The notes under the pieces are model-generated. The model was not told the DNA's origin and did not search any database. It worked only from the letters and a program-made list of their open reading frames with translations. Made by a program: the position numbers and the translations under genes. Below are positions 1 through 9,163 of a stretch of DNA of 25,228 nucleotides, piece after piece; within the stretch, counting starts at the first letter, position 1; each line of letters opens with the position of its first letter. The DNA comes from a virus (taxonomy: Duplodnaviria; Caudoviricetes), in the IMG/VR virus record IMGVR_UViG_3300045580_000568, positions 1 to 25,228 of that record. One strand, written 5' to 3'.

Positions 1-1
1 A

Positions 2-277
2 TACAATGCATCTAAAAATTATATTGATAAAAAATTACGTGATAAGGTTGTTAGAACTATGGGTGCATCAGGTGCAGAGTATAAAAGTATAGTTTATCCA
101 GTTATAAAGTCTGAGGTAAGAGATGTTTCTGGAGCAGGAGACTCATTCATGGCTGGACTTTGCTGCAATTACATAAAAACAGGAAATGTAGTTGACTCCA
201 TAATATTTGCTAATAAATGTGCATCAGAGGTTGTTAAGCACAGGGGGGTCACCGTTCCAGATGGCATCACTTTATGA
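2..277 (+). CDS. hldA: PfkB-family sugar kinase, HldA/RfaE domain I-like (heptose-7-phosphate kinase), 5'-truncated
   Basis: Frame is open from position 2 (YNASKNYIDKKLRDKVVRTMGASGA...), so the ATG at 59 is internal. C-terminal PfkB signature DVSGAGDSF and the 'AN..AS.VV...G' tail. Adjacent to HldC/HldD-like genes. Confidence 0.8.
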   Translation, partial: YNASKNYIDKKLRDKVVRTMGASGAEYKSIVYPVIKSEVRDVSGAGDSFMAGLCCNYIKTGNVVDSIIFANKCASEVVKHRGVTVPDGITL

Positions 278-681
278 GGAAAGTATTGGTCAATGGTGTT
301 TTTGACATAGTTCATTCTGGCCACATTGACTTACTTAAATTCGCAAAGGGACTAGGAGATCATCTGGTTGTTGCTATAGACTCTGATCGCAGGGTAAGAG
401 AAACAAAGGGCGCTAATAGACCTTGCAACGATCAATATTCAAGAAAAATAGTAATGGAATCGATAAGATACGTCGATGATGTTATTGTTTTTGACAATAT
501 AGAAGAACTAAAAAAAATTCATCTAACAATTAGCCCAGATTTTCTTGTAAAAGGATCAGACTGGGACATAGATTTCATAAGATCCAATGATGGTGTAATG
601 GAGAATACTAAAATAGTGATATTCCCCAGAAATGATTTCAGGTCTACTACAATGGCTATAGAAAGGATAAAATCAACATGA
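274..681 (+). CDS. hldC: HxGH-family nucleotidyltransferase, HldC/RfaE domain II-like (heptose-1-phosphate adenylyltransferase)
   Basis: NGVFDIVHSGH (HxGH), LVVAIDSD, KG..RP, VDDVIVF, PDFLVKGSDW and C-terminal RSTT..IERI. ATGA overlaps on both sides. Heptose specificity is inferred from neighbours. Confidence 0.8.
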   Translation: MRKVLVNGVFDIVHSGHIDLLKFAKGLGDHLVVAIDSDRRVRETKGANRPCNDQYSRKIVMESIRYVDDVIVFDNIEELKKIHLTISPDFLVKGSDWDIDFIRSNDGVMENTKIVIFPRNDFRSTTMAIERIKST

Positions 682-1580
682 TAGCCATTACTGGAGCCTG
701 CGGTTTCATAGGAAGCGTGCTGTTGGGAAGCCTTAATAAAAAAGGCATAAGCGATGTGCTGGTGATTGACGATTTTGAGATCGATAGCAGGGTTGGATAT
801 GCCTACAAAGCAAACTATACCTATTTGCAAAACAAGAAGTTCAAGTCTGTATATCCAATAGTTTTTGATGGAGAGCGTCCATTTGGAGATAGTAAAATAG
901 ACTTTATATTTCATATAGGCGCTATATCTAATACTATGGAGAGATCTGTAGAAAAGATAAACAAGTACAATGTTCAGTATACAAAGTGCTTAGATTACTA
1001 CTGCAGAAAGAAAAACATACCTATGGTTTTTACTTCCTCTGCTGCTGTATATGGTAATGGAAAAGGTCCTTTAAATCTTTATGCTAAATCAAAGATAGAA
1101 TGTGAAGACATGATATCCGATCATGCAGTTTGCCTTAGGTTATTTAACGTATACGGACCAAATGAGTATCACAAGGCAAACATGTCTTCAGTTGTTCTCA
1201 AGTGGACTGACGAATTCATAAACACTGGTTTTATAGATGTGTTCGAAAACTCTGACAATTACTTCAGGGATATAGTGCATGTCGGCGACGTATGCGAGAT
1301 AATGTGCAAGATCCTTGAAGACTATAAGCCTGGAGTCTACGATGTTGGCAGCGGCAATGCATTTAGCATGGACTCGATTGCCGATATTGTTTCAAAAAAG
1401 ACTGGTGGCAAGAAAAGATATGTTAAAATGCCAAGTGAACTTAAGAGCCAATATCAAGTTTTTACAAAGGCCAACAATGAGGCGCTTTCAAGCGGTGGAT
1501 ATGAAGTTGATTTCACAGACATAGAAAAAGGCATAGAATCATATATTGATATGATAATGAATAAAAAAGAGACCATATGA
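678..1580 (+). CDS. hldD: ADP-L-glycero-D-manno-heptose 6-epimerase (extended SDR)
   Basis: ITGACGFIGS Rossmann motif, IFHIGAIS.T, TSSAAVYG, PLNLYAKSK (YxxxK) and LRLFNVYGPNEYHK..MSSV, plus 'MP..LK.QYQ.FT.A', all characteristic of HldD/RfaD. Confidence 0.88.
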   Translation: MIAITGACGFIGSVLLGSLNKKGISDVLVIDDFEIDSRVGYAYKANYTYLQNKKFKSVYPIVFDGERPFGDSKIDFIFHIGAISNTMERSVEKINKYNVQYTKCLDYYCRKKNIPMVFTSSAAVYGNGKGPLNLYAKSKIECEDMISDHAVCLRLFNVYGPNEYHKANMSSVVLKWTDEFINTGFIDVFENSDNYFRDIVHVGDVCEIMCKILEDYKPGVYDVGSGNAFSMDSIADIVSKKTGGKKRYVKMPSELKSQYQVFTKANNEALSSGGYEVDFTDIEKGIESYIDMIMNKKETI

Positions 1581-1948
1581 ACAGTATTGAATTCAGAGAA
1601 TGTGGTGAGGTGATAAAGAAATGGGGCAAGGAAAAGATAATAGTTAACAATCACTATTACTGCGGTAAGATACTTTGCATAAATGCAGGCAGAAAGTTCA
1701 GCATGCATTTTCATATGAAAAAAGACGAAACATGGTATGTTTCTCAAGGTAGTCTCATACTTAGATGGATAGACACAGAGAGTTCTATACAGCACGAAAA
1801 GAAAATAAATAAAAATGATGTTATAAGAATAAGACCAGGAATTCCTCATCAGTTAGAGGCGTGCGAAGACTCCGAAATATTTGAAGTTTCTACTCATCAC
1901 GAGGATGGAGATAGCTATAGGGTGCAGCCAGGAGACAGTCAATCATGA
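1577..1948 (+). CDS. Cupin-domain protein (sugar isomerase-like, mannose-6-P isomerase C-terminal / D-lyxose isomerase type)
   Basis: K.WGKE..I.N...YCGKIL, SMHFHMKKDETWYV (cupin motif 1), I.PG.PHQL (motif 2), EVST.H...DSYR. Confidence 0.8.
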   Translation: MNSIEFRECGEVIKKWGKEKIIVNNHYYCGKILCINAGRKFSMHFHMKKDETWYVSQGSLILRWIDTESSIQHEKKINKNDVIRIRPGIPHQLEACEDSEIFEVSTHHEDGDSYRVQPGDSQS

Positions 1949-2781
1949 AATATGTATTTGATATAGACAATACATTAGTAAAGACTGTGGGAAGCGATTA
2001 TTCAAACAGCTCTCCCATACAATCTAGAATATCATATGTAAACAAACTGTACAATGAAGGGCATCACATAACTTTGTATACAGCCAGGGGTACAAGGACT
2101 GGAATAGATTACAAGGAATTCACAAAGAAGCAGATGGATAGCATGGGAGTCAAATATCACGAGCTCTTGACGGGCAAAATGGACTATGACTATTTTGTCG
2201 ATGACAAGGCTATATCCATATCAGAATTTGATGCAATGGTGAGGAATACTTCCGTAAAATCTAACTACAAGACAGGGGCTGACTCAGGCTACAATTACGA
2301 TGACTTCAAGAGATTTGAATGCTTGAGAGGAATGGAGTATGGATCCATACTTGATGTGGGCTCTGGTCCATGCATGCTTTTAAAATGGTTAAAAAATAAC
2401 AACATAGAGTCGGATTATGAAGCCATGGATATACGGGAGGAAGCACTAAGCGAGTGCGATTGCAAGACTCATAGCGAAATTCCTAAAAGGAAGAAATACG
2501 ATATGGTTTGTCTTTTTGGAGTTTCTGACTATGTAGATGACAAGCCAGACAGTGAGAAATATAAGAAAGAAGAATTTTATAATCTTTTAAAGCTGGCATT
2601 AAAAAGAGCAAGAGAATACGTGATTTTTAGTCTTGTCAAGGATATTGTAAAGAGCAACAGGTTAGTCAGGTATAGCCTGGATGAAATAAAAGAAATGGCA
2701 AAAGAATCTAAACTTAAAATTATAGAAATAGATGCGGATTCCGAGCCTACTGAATACATTGTAAAATGTAAGGTTTCCTAA
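1945..2781 (+). CDS. HAD-like phosphatase (capsule-biosynthesis phosphatase type) fused to a class I SAM-dependent methyltransferase
   Basis: N-terminal ~100 aa: VFDIDNTL (DxD), LYTARG, GK.DYDYFVDDKA. C-terminal part: SILDVGSGP (motif I), YEAMDI (motif II), YDMVCLFG. Confidence 0.75.
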   Translation: MKYVFDIDNTLVKTVGSDYSNSSPIQSRISYVNKLYNEGHHITLYTARGTRTGIDYKEFTKKQMDSMGVKYHELLTGKMDYDYFVDDKAISISEFDAMVRNTSVKSNYKTGADSGYNYDDFKRFECLRGMEYGSILDVGSGPCMLLKWLKNNNIESDYEAMDIREEALSECDCKTHSEIPKRKKYDMVCLFGVSDYVDDKPDSEKYKKEEFYNLLKLALKRAREYVIFSLVKDIVKSNRLVRYSLDEIKEMAKESKLKIIEIDADSEPTEYIVKCKVS

Positions 2782-2785
2782 AATA

Positions 2786-2814
2786 AAGGGTATGTTGTCA
2801 GATATTGGGTAAGG
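2786..2814 (+). promoter_or_regulatory. Putative phage late promoter, GGTAT-N16-TA (weakest copy)
   Basis: AAAGGGTAT (GGTAT 2789-2793), 16 nt, TAAGG at 2810. Intergenic, upstream of the fibre cluster. Confidence 0.4.
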
Positions 2815-2836
2815 AAAAGCAGAAAAAGAGGATTGC

Positions 2837-4987
2837 ATGGCTAGAGAATCAATAATTCAAGTATTTTACGGAGGCTCCGCTACAACTGCCCCAGGAGACC
2901 TTTACGACGGCGAATTTGCATTCGCAAATGGAAGCGGAAGTAATAAGAAGCTCTTCATCGGATCTGGTGGTAACAACACCGCAAACTGGATTGGTGCAAT
3001 AATAGAGGATCAGTCAACTATAAACTGGTCGTCTGTGACTAGCGAGAACAATAAGATACCGACTCAATATGCCGTCAAGTCGCTGAGCAGCAGCTATCTT
3101 CCTCTTGCAGGCGGAAGCATGACAGGCGATATTACGCTTGGAACCGCTGCAGAAATCAACTTTACGGCAACAGGTGGCGGCGGTGGAACCATAAAGATAC
3201 AGGCTCCTTCGGCCACTACGGGCAACTCAGCCTATACCTTCACGCTTCCTGTTAATGATGGATCTGCAAATGAGGTTCTCACCACTGATGGAAATGGAGC
3301 GCTAAGCTGGGCAAGCGCAGGAACTGCAACAAATGTCAGTGTATCTAACGATGACAGCAGCACTACTACATACATAGCATTCACTACAGTTACATCTGGC
3401 AACACCGGCATACTTGTTGACGGCGATGGTCTTACCTACAATGCCTCCACTGATACCCTGACTCTTGCTGGTGATGCTGCGATAAACGGCGGTGATGTCA
3501 CGACCACTGCATCTACAGCCACCTTATTCAATGCCAATGCCACTACGCTCAATCTTGGTGGCGCAGCTACTGCGATCACCATGGGTGATTCGACGAGTGC
3601 CACGACCACGATTCGTGGTGGCACACTTGTCGGAAACACCACCACCCAGAACCTTTTCAACACCACCGCCACAACTCTAAATGTCGGTGGTGCAGCAACT
3701 GCAATAACAATGGGTGCAACGGCTTCCACTACCACCACCATACGTGCCGGTACATTGGTTGGCAATACTACTACGCAGAATCTTTTCAACAGTACCGCCA
3801 CAACCCTAAACATTGGAGGTGCCGCAACCAGCGTGTCCATCGGCGCTGCCACGGGAACATTGAGTCTAAATAATCCTAATATAAATTTATCCTCATCTGG
3901 AGCGACATTTTACACCACTGGGCCCAGCGTCGGAAACAGTCATCTCACATTCAGCAATGACGGAGAAGTGAGGATAGCGCCAACCAACACAAATGCAATT
4001 GGTGCTGGAGGTTCCTATCCTTCAATTGTTGTTCAGAATCAAGATACTGGAAATGCTCAGGTTCAAATTACTGGTGGAAATCTCTACCTTGGGCGAACTA
4101 CAGCTAACGGAATCACTTATTCCGCAACAAGCATTATTTTCGAGGGTTCAACTGACGATGGTTTCGAAACAACCGTAACGGTAACTGATCCTACTCAGGA
4201 CAGGACTATTACCCTGCCTAATGCTTCAGGAACTGTGGCATTGGTTGCTGGATCCGATACTCAGGTGATGTTCAATGATGGCGGCAGCGCTCTCGGCGGA
4301 GATTCCGGTCTCACATACAACAAGTCAACAGGTCTTCTTACCGTAGGAGGAGATCTTGCTGTTAATGGCTCCACCAGTGCAGACATAACTACTACAACTT
4401 CTTCTGCAACGCTTTTCAATGCAAATGCTACCACAATAACCATAGGTGCAGCGGCGACTACCTTTACATTGGCAGGAGCATCTGCGGCGCAGACAGTTAC
4501 AATTGGTGGATCCTCCACTGGTGACTCTACCTACAACTTGGCAACAGGAGCAACCGGAGGTACAAATACAACAACAATAAATATAGGAACTGGAGGAACC
4601 GCAGGATCTACCACTAATGTAAACATAGGTACAGTTAGCGAAAAGGGTACTGTAACCGTAGGAAATAATCTGACTGTAACTGGTAATCTTACTGTCTCTG
4701 GAACCACAATCACCGCAAATGTGGATACTGTATCAATAGAAGATCCTCTTCTTTTTCTTGCCAATAATAATACATCCTCTGATGCAGTTGACATAGGTTT
4801 CTACGGAGTATATGATACGAGCGGTTCTCAGGATCTTTATTGTGGATTTTTCAGAGATGCTACTGATAATAAGTTTAAGTTATACGTTGGATCGCAGTCT
4901 GCTCCTTCTGGCGCAGTGATAAGTACCAGTGCCACTGGCTATGCCACTGCTACATTAGTGGCAAATATAAGCGGTGGCACTTTCTAA
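2837..4987 (+). CDS. Thr/Gly-rich tail fibre / virion structural protein
   Basis: 716 aa, T/G/A/S-rich beta-repeat composition. N-terminal 'L.DGE.A....KLFIG' adaptor-like segment, YLPLAGGSMTG, VLTTDGNGALSW, 43-aa internal repeats, and 'GNLTVTGNLTVSGTT...IEDPL..L...N...DIGFYG' segment typical of environmental phage fibres. SD GAGG. Confidence 0.7.
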   Translation: MARESIIQVFYGGSATTAPGDLYDGEFAFANGSGSNKKLFIGSGGNNTANWIGAIIEDQSTINWSSVTSENNKIPTQYAVKSLSSSYLPLAGGSMTGDITLGTAAEINFTATGGGGGTIKIQAPSATTGNSAYTFTLPVNDGSANEVLTTDGNGALSWASAGTATNVSVSNDDSSTTTYIAFTTVTSGNTGILVDGDGLTYNASTDTLTLAGDAAINGGDVTTTASTATLFNANATTLNLGGAATAITMGDSTSATTTIRGGTLVGNTTTQNLFNTTATTLNVGGAATAITMGATASTTTTIRAGTLVGNTTTQNLFNSTATTLNIGGAATSVSIGAATGTLSLNNPNINLSSSGATFYTTGPSVGNSHLTFSNDGEVRIAPTNTNAIGAGGSYPSIVVQNQDTGNAQVQITGGNLYLGRTTANGITYSATSIIFEGSTDDGFETTVTVTDPTQDRTITLPNASGTVALVAGSDTQVMFNDGGSALGGDSGLTYNKSTGLLTVGGDLAVNGSTSADITTTTSSATLFNANATTITIGAAATTFTLAGASAAQTVTIGGSSTGDSTYNLATGATGGTNTTTINIGTGGTAGSTTNVNIGTVSEKGTVTVGNNLTVTGNLTVSGTTITANVDTVSIEDPLLFLANNNTSSDAVDIGFYGVYDTSGSQDLYCGFFRDATDNKFKLYVGSQSAPSGAVISTSATGYATATLVANISGGTF
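3524..3860 (+). repeat. 129-nt (43-aa) degenerate tandem repeat, about 2.6 copies
   Basis: LFN..ATTLN.GGAAT units begin at 3524, 3653 and 3782. A further dispersed copy begins at 4412. Confidence 0.85.
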
Positions 4988-5025
4988 TCCAACTTGACAC
5001 GCTATAATGGAATTTGGATGCATAT

Positions 5026-6147
5026 ATGGCAATAGTTCGTGAAAGCATAATACAGAATCTGTATTCAACGACCCTATCTGCCACTCCAGATTCAAATCTA
5101 CAACTCGGTGAGATTGCAATAAATGCAGCCGACGAAGCAATTTTTATAAAGAACTCTTCTGGTTCCATCAAGAAACTGTCAAGTACTTCTGATTTTACTG
5201 CGAATTACGTAACCATATCTACGTCACAGACCGTGTCTGGTGACAAGGTGTTCTCTGGAACAGTTCTATTTAATAATGGAATAGTATTTGAAGGCAGTAC
5301 TGCAAACGAATTCGAGACCACATTGGGAGTAGTTGATCCTACTTCAGACAATTCAATAAATCTTCCTAATGCAAGCGGAACAGTTGCCCTTGTTGGGGGA
5401 TCTGACACTCATGTCCAGTATAACAGCAGCGGTGCACTTGCTGGATCTTCAAATCTCACATTCGATGGCAGCAACCTCAAGATAGCCCTTCAAGGGGATA
5501 TAAGGCTGGGTGCTTCATCGTCTTCCAATTACATCGGCATTCAGGCTCCTACTGATGTGGCTGCTAGCAACATATATACATTGCCATCATCGGTAGGTTC
5601 CGCAGGTCAGGTGCTAAGCATATCCTCTGCAGTGGGATCTGATGCAAGCCTGCAGTGGTCTTCTACGGTTTCGTCAGTAAACAACCTGACTGGAAATGTC
5701 TCGCTTTTTGCCTATCAATCTACTCCTCCTACTTCCGGCATATCGCCAGGATCAAGGTGGATGGATTCCGAGACGGGAGAAGAATATGTATATGTAAACG
5801 ATGGAAGCTCCAATCAATGGATTCAGCCATCGCTTAATCCGCTGTTCGGCACTGTATCTGGAGTAGTTACATCGGTGACATCTTCATCGTATGCTGCAAC
5901 TGGCTCTGATTATTACATAGGCGTTGACTACGCTGGCAATGTAACCATTACTCTTCCTCCTTCTCCTCAGGCAGGAAGGATGGTTGTTGTGAAAGACGAA
6001 TCAGGTGAGGCTGGCAACGCTGGAAGATCAATAACGATAGTTTCTGACAATGTCGCCGATCTTATTGACAACGATACATCTATTATTCTTAATATAAACA
6101 ACGGTGGCATTAATCTTATATATAGAAATGGATGGAGAATAATATGA
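5026..6147 (+). CDS. Tail fibre-like virion structural protein
   Basis: Start reassigned to ATG 5026 (MAIVRESIIQ, paralleling MARESIIQ of the upstream gene). LQLGEIAINAADEAIFIK adaptor-like motif, FEGST...LPNASGTVAL module, VSSVNNLTGNV, 'G.RW.DS.TG..Y.Y..DG.S.QW' and 'TITLP.SP..G..VVVKDE' modules. Confidence 0.7.
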   Translation: MAIVRESIIQNLYSTTLSATPDSNLQLGEIAINAADEAIFIKNSSGSIKKLSSTSDFTANYVTISTSQTVSGDKVFSGTVLFNNGIVFEGSTANEFETTLGVVDPTSDNSINLPNASGTVALVGGSDTHVQYNSSGALAGSSNLTFDGSNLKIALQGDIRLGASSSSNYIGIQAPTDVAASNIYTLPSSVGSAGQVLSISSAVGSDASLQWSSTVSSVNNLTGNVSLFAYQSTPPTSGISPGSRWMDSETGEEYVYVNDGSSNQWIQPSLNPLFGTVSGVVTSVTSSSYAATGSDYYIGVDYAGNVTITLPPSPQAGRMVVVKDESGEAGNAGRSITIVSDNVADLIDNDTSIILNINNGGINLIYRNGWRII

Positions 6148-7364
6148 GCTATTTATTTAGCGATAAGGTTGCTTTTAAGGGTGATGCCATAGATGCGTTC
6201 GGCAGGCTGAAGGTAAGTCAGCCATTTACATTGTTTGATTCCCAGCATAGATACCAAGAAAACGACAAATGGGACACTTCTACTGTAACCGGCGGTTCTT
6301 TTACTTATTCTACAAATGAAAGTTGTGTAAATATATCTTTAAACACTGCTTCTGGTGCCAAAGTGGTCAGGGAGACAAAGAGAGTTTTTCCATATCAGCC
6401 CGGAAAATCTCTTTTGATATTAAACACATTTGTATTTGCTCCTAAGAAGACAAATCTTAGGCAACGTGTAGGTTATTTTGGAACCCAGAACGGTATATAT
6501 CTTGAACAGAGTGGTACAAATGTATATCTTGTTCTTAGAACATATGTAGGTGGTTCTGTGGATGACACTACATACAAGGTTGCTCAATCTGCTTGGAATG
6601 GAGACAAGTTTGATGGCACTGGCGCAAGCGGGGTAACAATAGATCTTACCAAGGCAAACATACTTTGGATTGATATCGAATGGCTAGGTGTTGGAGATGT
6701 GAGAGTCGGCTTTGCAATAGACGGAAGACCCGTGGTTGCTCACACATTTTACAATGCCAATCAGCGTACTACTACATATATGACCACGGCATCTTTGCCT
6801 TTGCGTTTTGAGATGGAGAATACCGGAGCTACTGATTCTTCATCGTCTTCCAAACATATATGCAGCAGCGTCATGTCGGAAGCTGGATACGAGGGTTTCA
6901 GTAGAAGATACAATGTAACTAAAAATGGTTCTAGTGGTACTACTCTTACAACTGCAGGCACTGAATATCCCATGGTGGCTATTAGGTTAAATTCAAGTCG
7001 TCTTGATTCAGTTGTAATACCGTCTAATATAAGTGCTGTTCTTGAAGAGACCGCAAGTAATAAACCAGATACGGTATTATATAGAATATTGCTTAATCCT
7101 ACATTGACTGGGGCAAGCTGGGCTACCCATTACAATGGAAATGTAGACTATGATATAAGTTCAACTGCTATTTCTGGTGGAACTGATATAATAGGCGGCT
7201 ATATAAGCAGTAGCGGAAGCTTATCGGTATCTACTATAAATGATTTCAATTTTCAACTTGGAAGGACGCAAGCTGGTGTCAGTGATGTCTTTGCTCTTAC
7301 ATTCACTCCTATAAACGCGGGCGCGATTGTTTATTGCGACTTATCATGGTTTGAGATAATATAA
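6144..7364 (+). CDS. Conserved phage virion structural protein (beta-rich)
   Basis: Start probably ATG 6144 (ATGA overlap, SD GGAG). DAFGRLKVSQPFTLFDS.HRY, YQPGKS, RVGYF...NG, Q..WNGD..DGTG.SG and D.EWLGVG.VR.GF recall a family common in aquatic myoviruses. Function inferred from context. Confidence 0.6.
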   Translation: MSYLFSDKVAFKGDAIDAFGRLKVSQPFTLFDSQHRYQENDKWDTSTVTGGSFTYSTNESCVNISLNTASGAKVVRETKRVFPYQPGKSLLILNTFVFAPKKTNLRQRVGYFGTQNGIYLEQSGTNVYLVLRTYVGGSVDDTTYKVAQSAWNGDKFDGTGASGVTIDLTKANILWIDIEWLGVGDVRVGFAIDGRPVVAHTFYNANQRTTTYMTTASLPLRFEMENTGATDSSSSSKHICSSVMSEAGYEGFSRRYNVTKNGSSGTTLTTAGTEYPMVAIRLNSSRLDSVVIPSNISAVLEETASNKPDTVLYRILLNPTLTGASWATHYNGNVDYDISSTAISGGTDIIGGYISSSGSLSVSTINDFNFQLGRTQAGVSDVFALTFTPINAGAIVYCDLSWFEII

Positions 7365-7373
7365 AAACAAAAT

Positions 7374-8537
7374 ATGCCTCTTAATTTTCCATCATCTCCA
7401 TCGTTGAACGAGATATACTCGTCGGGAGGAAATTCGTGGATATGGTCAGGAAACGCATGGAAAACCTACAATTCTAGTTTTGATGCCAGTCTTGTTCTGA
7501 ATGGCGATCTTATATTTGAAGGCGCTACGAACAACAACTATGAGACAACCGTTAGCGTGGTAGACCCAGATCAGGATAGGACAATCACACTTCCCAATGC
7601 AAGTGGTACTGTGGGACTGGTTCCTGGGTCGGATACTTATGTTGTATTTAATGATGGCGGCTCACTGGGTGGAGACTCTGGTCTTACATACAATAAGCTC
7701 AACGACACACTTACTGTAGGAAGCGGATCAAAGAACATACAGATATATTCAGAGTCTGCTGGTGGCAGGTTGGTTGTTCCCGGTAACACTTCTACAGAGT
7801 TAATTATACAAGCAGGGACCAATGGCGCTGGATCTGTTAAGATAGGGGATCATGACAACAGCAACCAAGGCACAAAGATAATAGTAAACGATTCTTCTCA
7901 GACAATTGACATACAAGGTACATTGTCTCTTACTAGTCCAGATGGAAACTATACAAATACATTTCCAACAGGTTTTGGCTCGAATGGTCAGGTTCTTACC
8001 ACGAATGGATCTGGAACCCTGTCATGGTCTACGGCTAGCGGAGGTGGGGGTAGCGGAACAAAGACCTATGCTGTTTTTACTCCACTCAATAATCAACCAC
8101 CAGCATCCGCATATGCAACCCTAGATACAAGAAATTCAATAATGGTTTTGGATTTCGACGCAGCAAGTGATGAATCTGCCTTATTCGTAGGAATAATACC
8201 AGAAGGTGCATCCTTGGGTAGTGGACTTAAGATAAGAATTCATTGGATGGCTACATCTGCAACAAGTGGAACATGCAGATGGGGTGTTCAATTGGAAAGA
8301 ATGAATACCGATGCCGATGCTGACTCATTCGACACTGCAGCGACCGCTGGTACTGCAACAAATGCAACTTCAGGAATAGCAACTGTCACAGAAATAACCA
8401 TAACTACCATAGATTCAATTGCAGCAGGGGAATTGTTTAGACTAAAGGTTTATAGGGACGCTGATGGTACTTCAGGTACCGACGACATGATAGGAGACGC
8501 GGAACTAGTTGCGGTGGAAGTCAGGAGCGCCTCCTAA
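7374..8537 (+). CDS. Tail fibre-like virion structural protein
   Basis: N-terminal 'LNFPSSPSLNEIY......W.W.G.AW' module, third copy of the FEGAT...LPNASGTV module, GQVLTTNGSGTLSW, and a C-terminal beta-sandwich-like domain. Confidence 0.7.
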   Translation: MPLNFPSSPSLNEIYSSGGNSWIWSGNAWKTYNSSFDASLVLNGDLIFEGATNNNYETTVSVVDPDQDRTITLPNASGTVGLVPGSDTYVVFNDGGSLGGDSGLTYNKLNDTLTVGSGSKNIQIYSESAGGRLVVPGNTSTELIIQAGTNGAGSVKIGDHDNSNQGTKIIVNDSSQTIDIQGTLSLTSPDGNYTNTFPTGFGSNGQVLTTNGSGTLSWSTASGGGGSGTKTYAVFTPLNNQPPASAYATLDTRNSIMVLDFDAASDESALFVGIIPEGASLGSGLKIRIHWMATSATSGTCRWGVQLERMNTDADADSFDTAATAGTATNATSGIATVTEITITTIDSIAAGELFRLKVYRDADGTSGTDDMIGDAELVAVEVRSAS

Positions 8538-9163
8538 TGGCTTACGCATGTAATGGTTCTCAAATTCTTAGGACTGCTCCAGAGAATTTATTTTTGTATC
8601 CATTTACGATGAACATATGGGCTTATAGAAATGCGACAGGTAGTCAACATAATCTCATTTTGATGCATAATGTCAATGACGCTCAGCGTTTTGCTTTATT
8701 TGTAAACTCTCTAAATATTCCTGTCATGGCTGCCGTAGATTCTACGGGAGTAACTACAACATCAATTACTTCAGTTACTGTTGGCTCTGGATCTTGGTTC
8801 ATGATGACAGGAGTATTTACATCAGCAACCAATAGGACTGTATATTTCAATGCTTCTTCTAGTCAGTCTTCAACCATATCTCGAAATCCCAATACTCCAA
8901 GCAGAATGCTTATAGGAGGTTTGTATAATAACGCTACAACTCCAAATCTCAATGGCAGCGTATGTGAAGCAGCAGTTTGGAATGAATCATTGACTTCTAC
9001 TGAGATAAATTCTCTTTATAACGGCGCGAAAGCAAGTTTAATAAGACCACAAAACCTAAGAACATACTATCCACTGATAAGGGAAGTCGTAAATCATTCT
9101 GGAACTCATACTATAAATGACAACACCGGAACTATAGTTGATCATTACAGGAGATATGGATGA
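8537..9163 (+). CDS. LamG/concanavalin A-like lectin domain protein
   Basis: FTMNIWA, 'GSWFMMTGVF....RTVYFN', MLIGG, 'LNGSVCEAAVWNESLTSTEINSLYNG' match the LamG-like jelly-roll pattern. TAATG overlap. Confidence 0.7.
   Translation: MAYACNGSQILRTAPENLFLYPFTMNIWAYRNATGSQHNLILMHNVNDAQRFALFVNSLNIPVMAAVDSTGVTTTSITSVTVGSGSWFMMTGVFTSATNRTVYFNASSSQSSTISRNPNTPSRMLIGGLYNNATTPNLNGSVCEAAVWNESLTSTEINSLYNGAKASLIRPQNLRTYYPLIREVVNHSGTHTINDNTGTIVDHYRRYG

Noticed and set aside
4994-5008. Perfect TTGACA and TATAAT hexamers in the gap between two fibre genes
   Set aside because: They are only 3 nt apart (TTGACA-CGC-TATAAT), incompatible with a 16-18 nt sigma70 spacer. Neither has a convincing partner at the correct distance.
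2837-9163. Diversity-generating retroelement target/template pairs among the fibre repeats
   Set aside because: Repeat copies differ at all base types, mostly synonymously, rather than specifically at adenines. No reverse transcriptase is present in the window.
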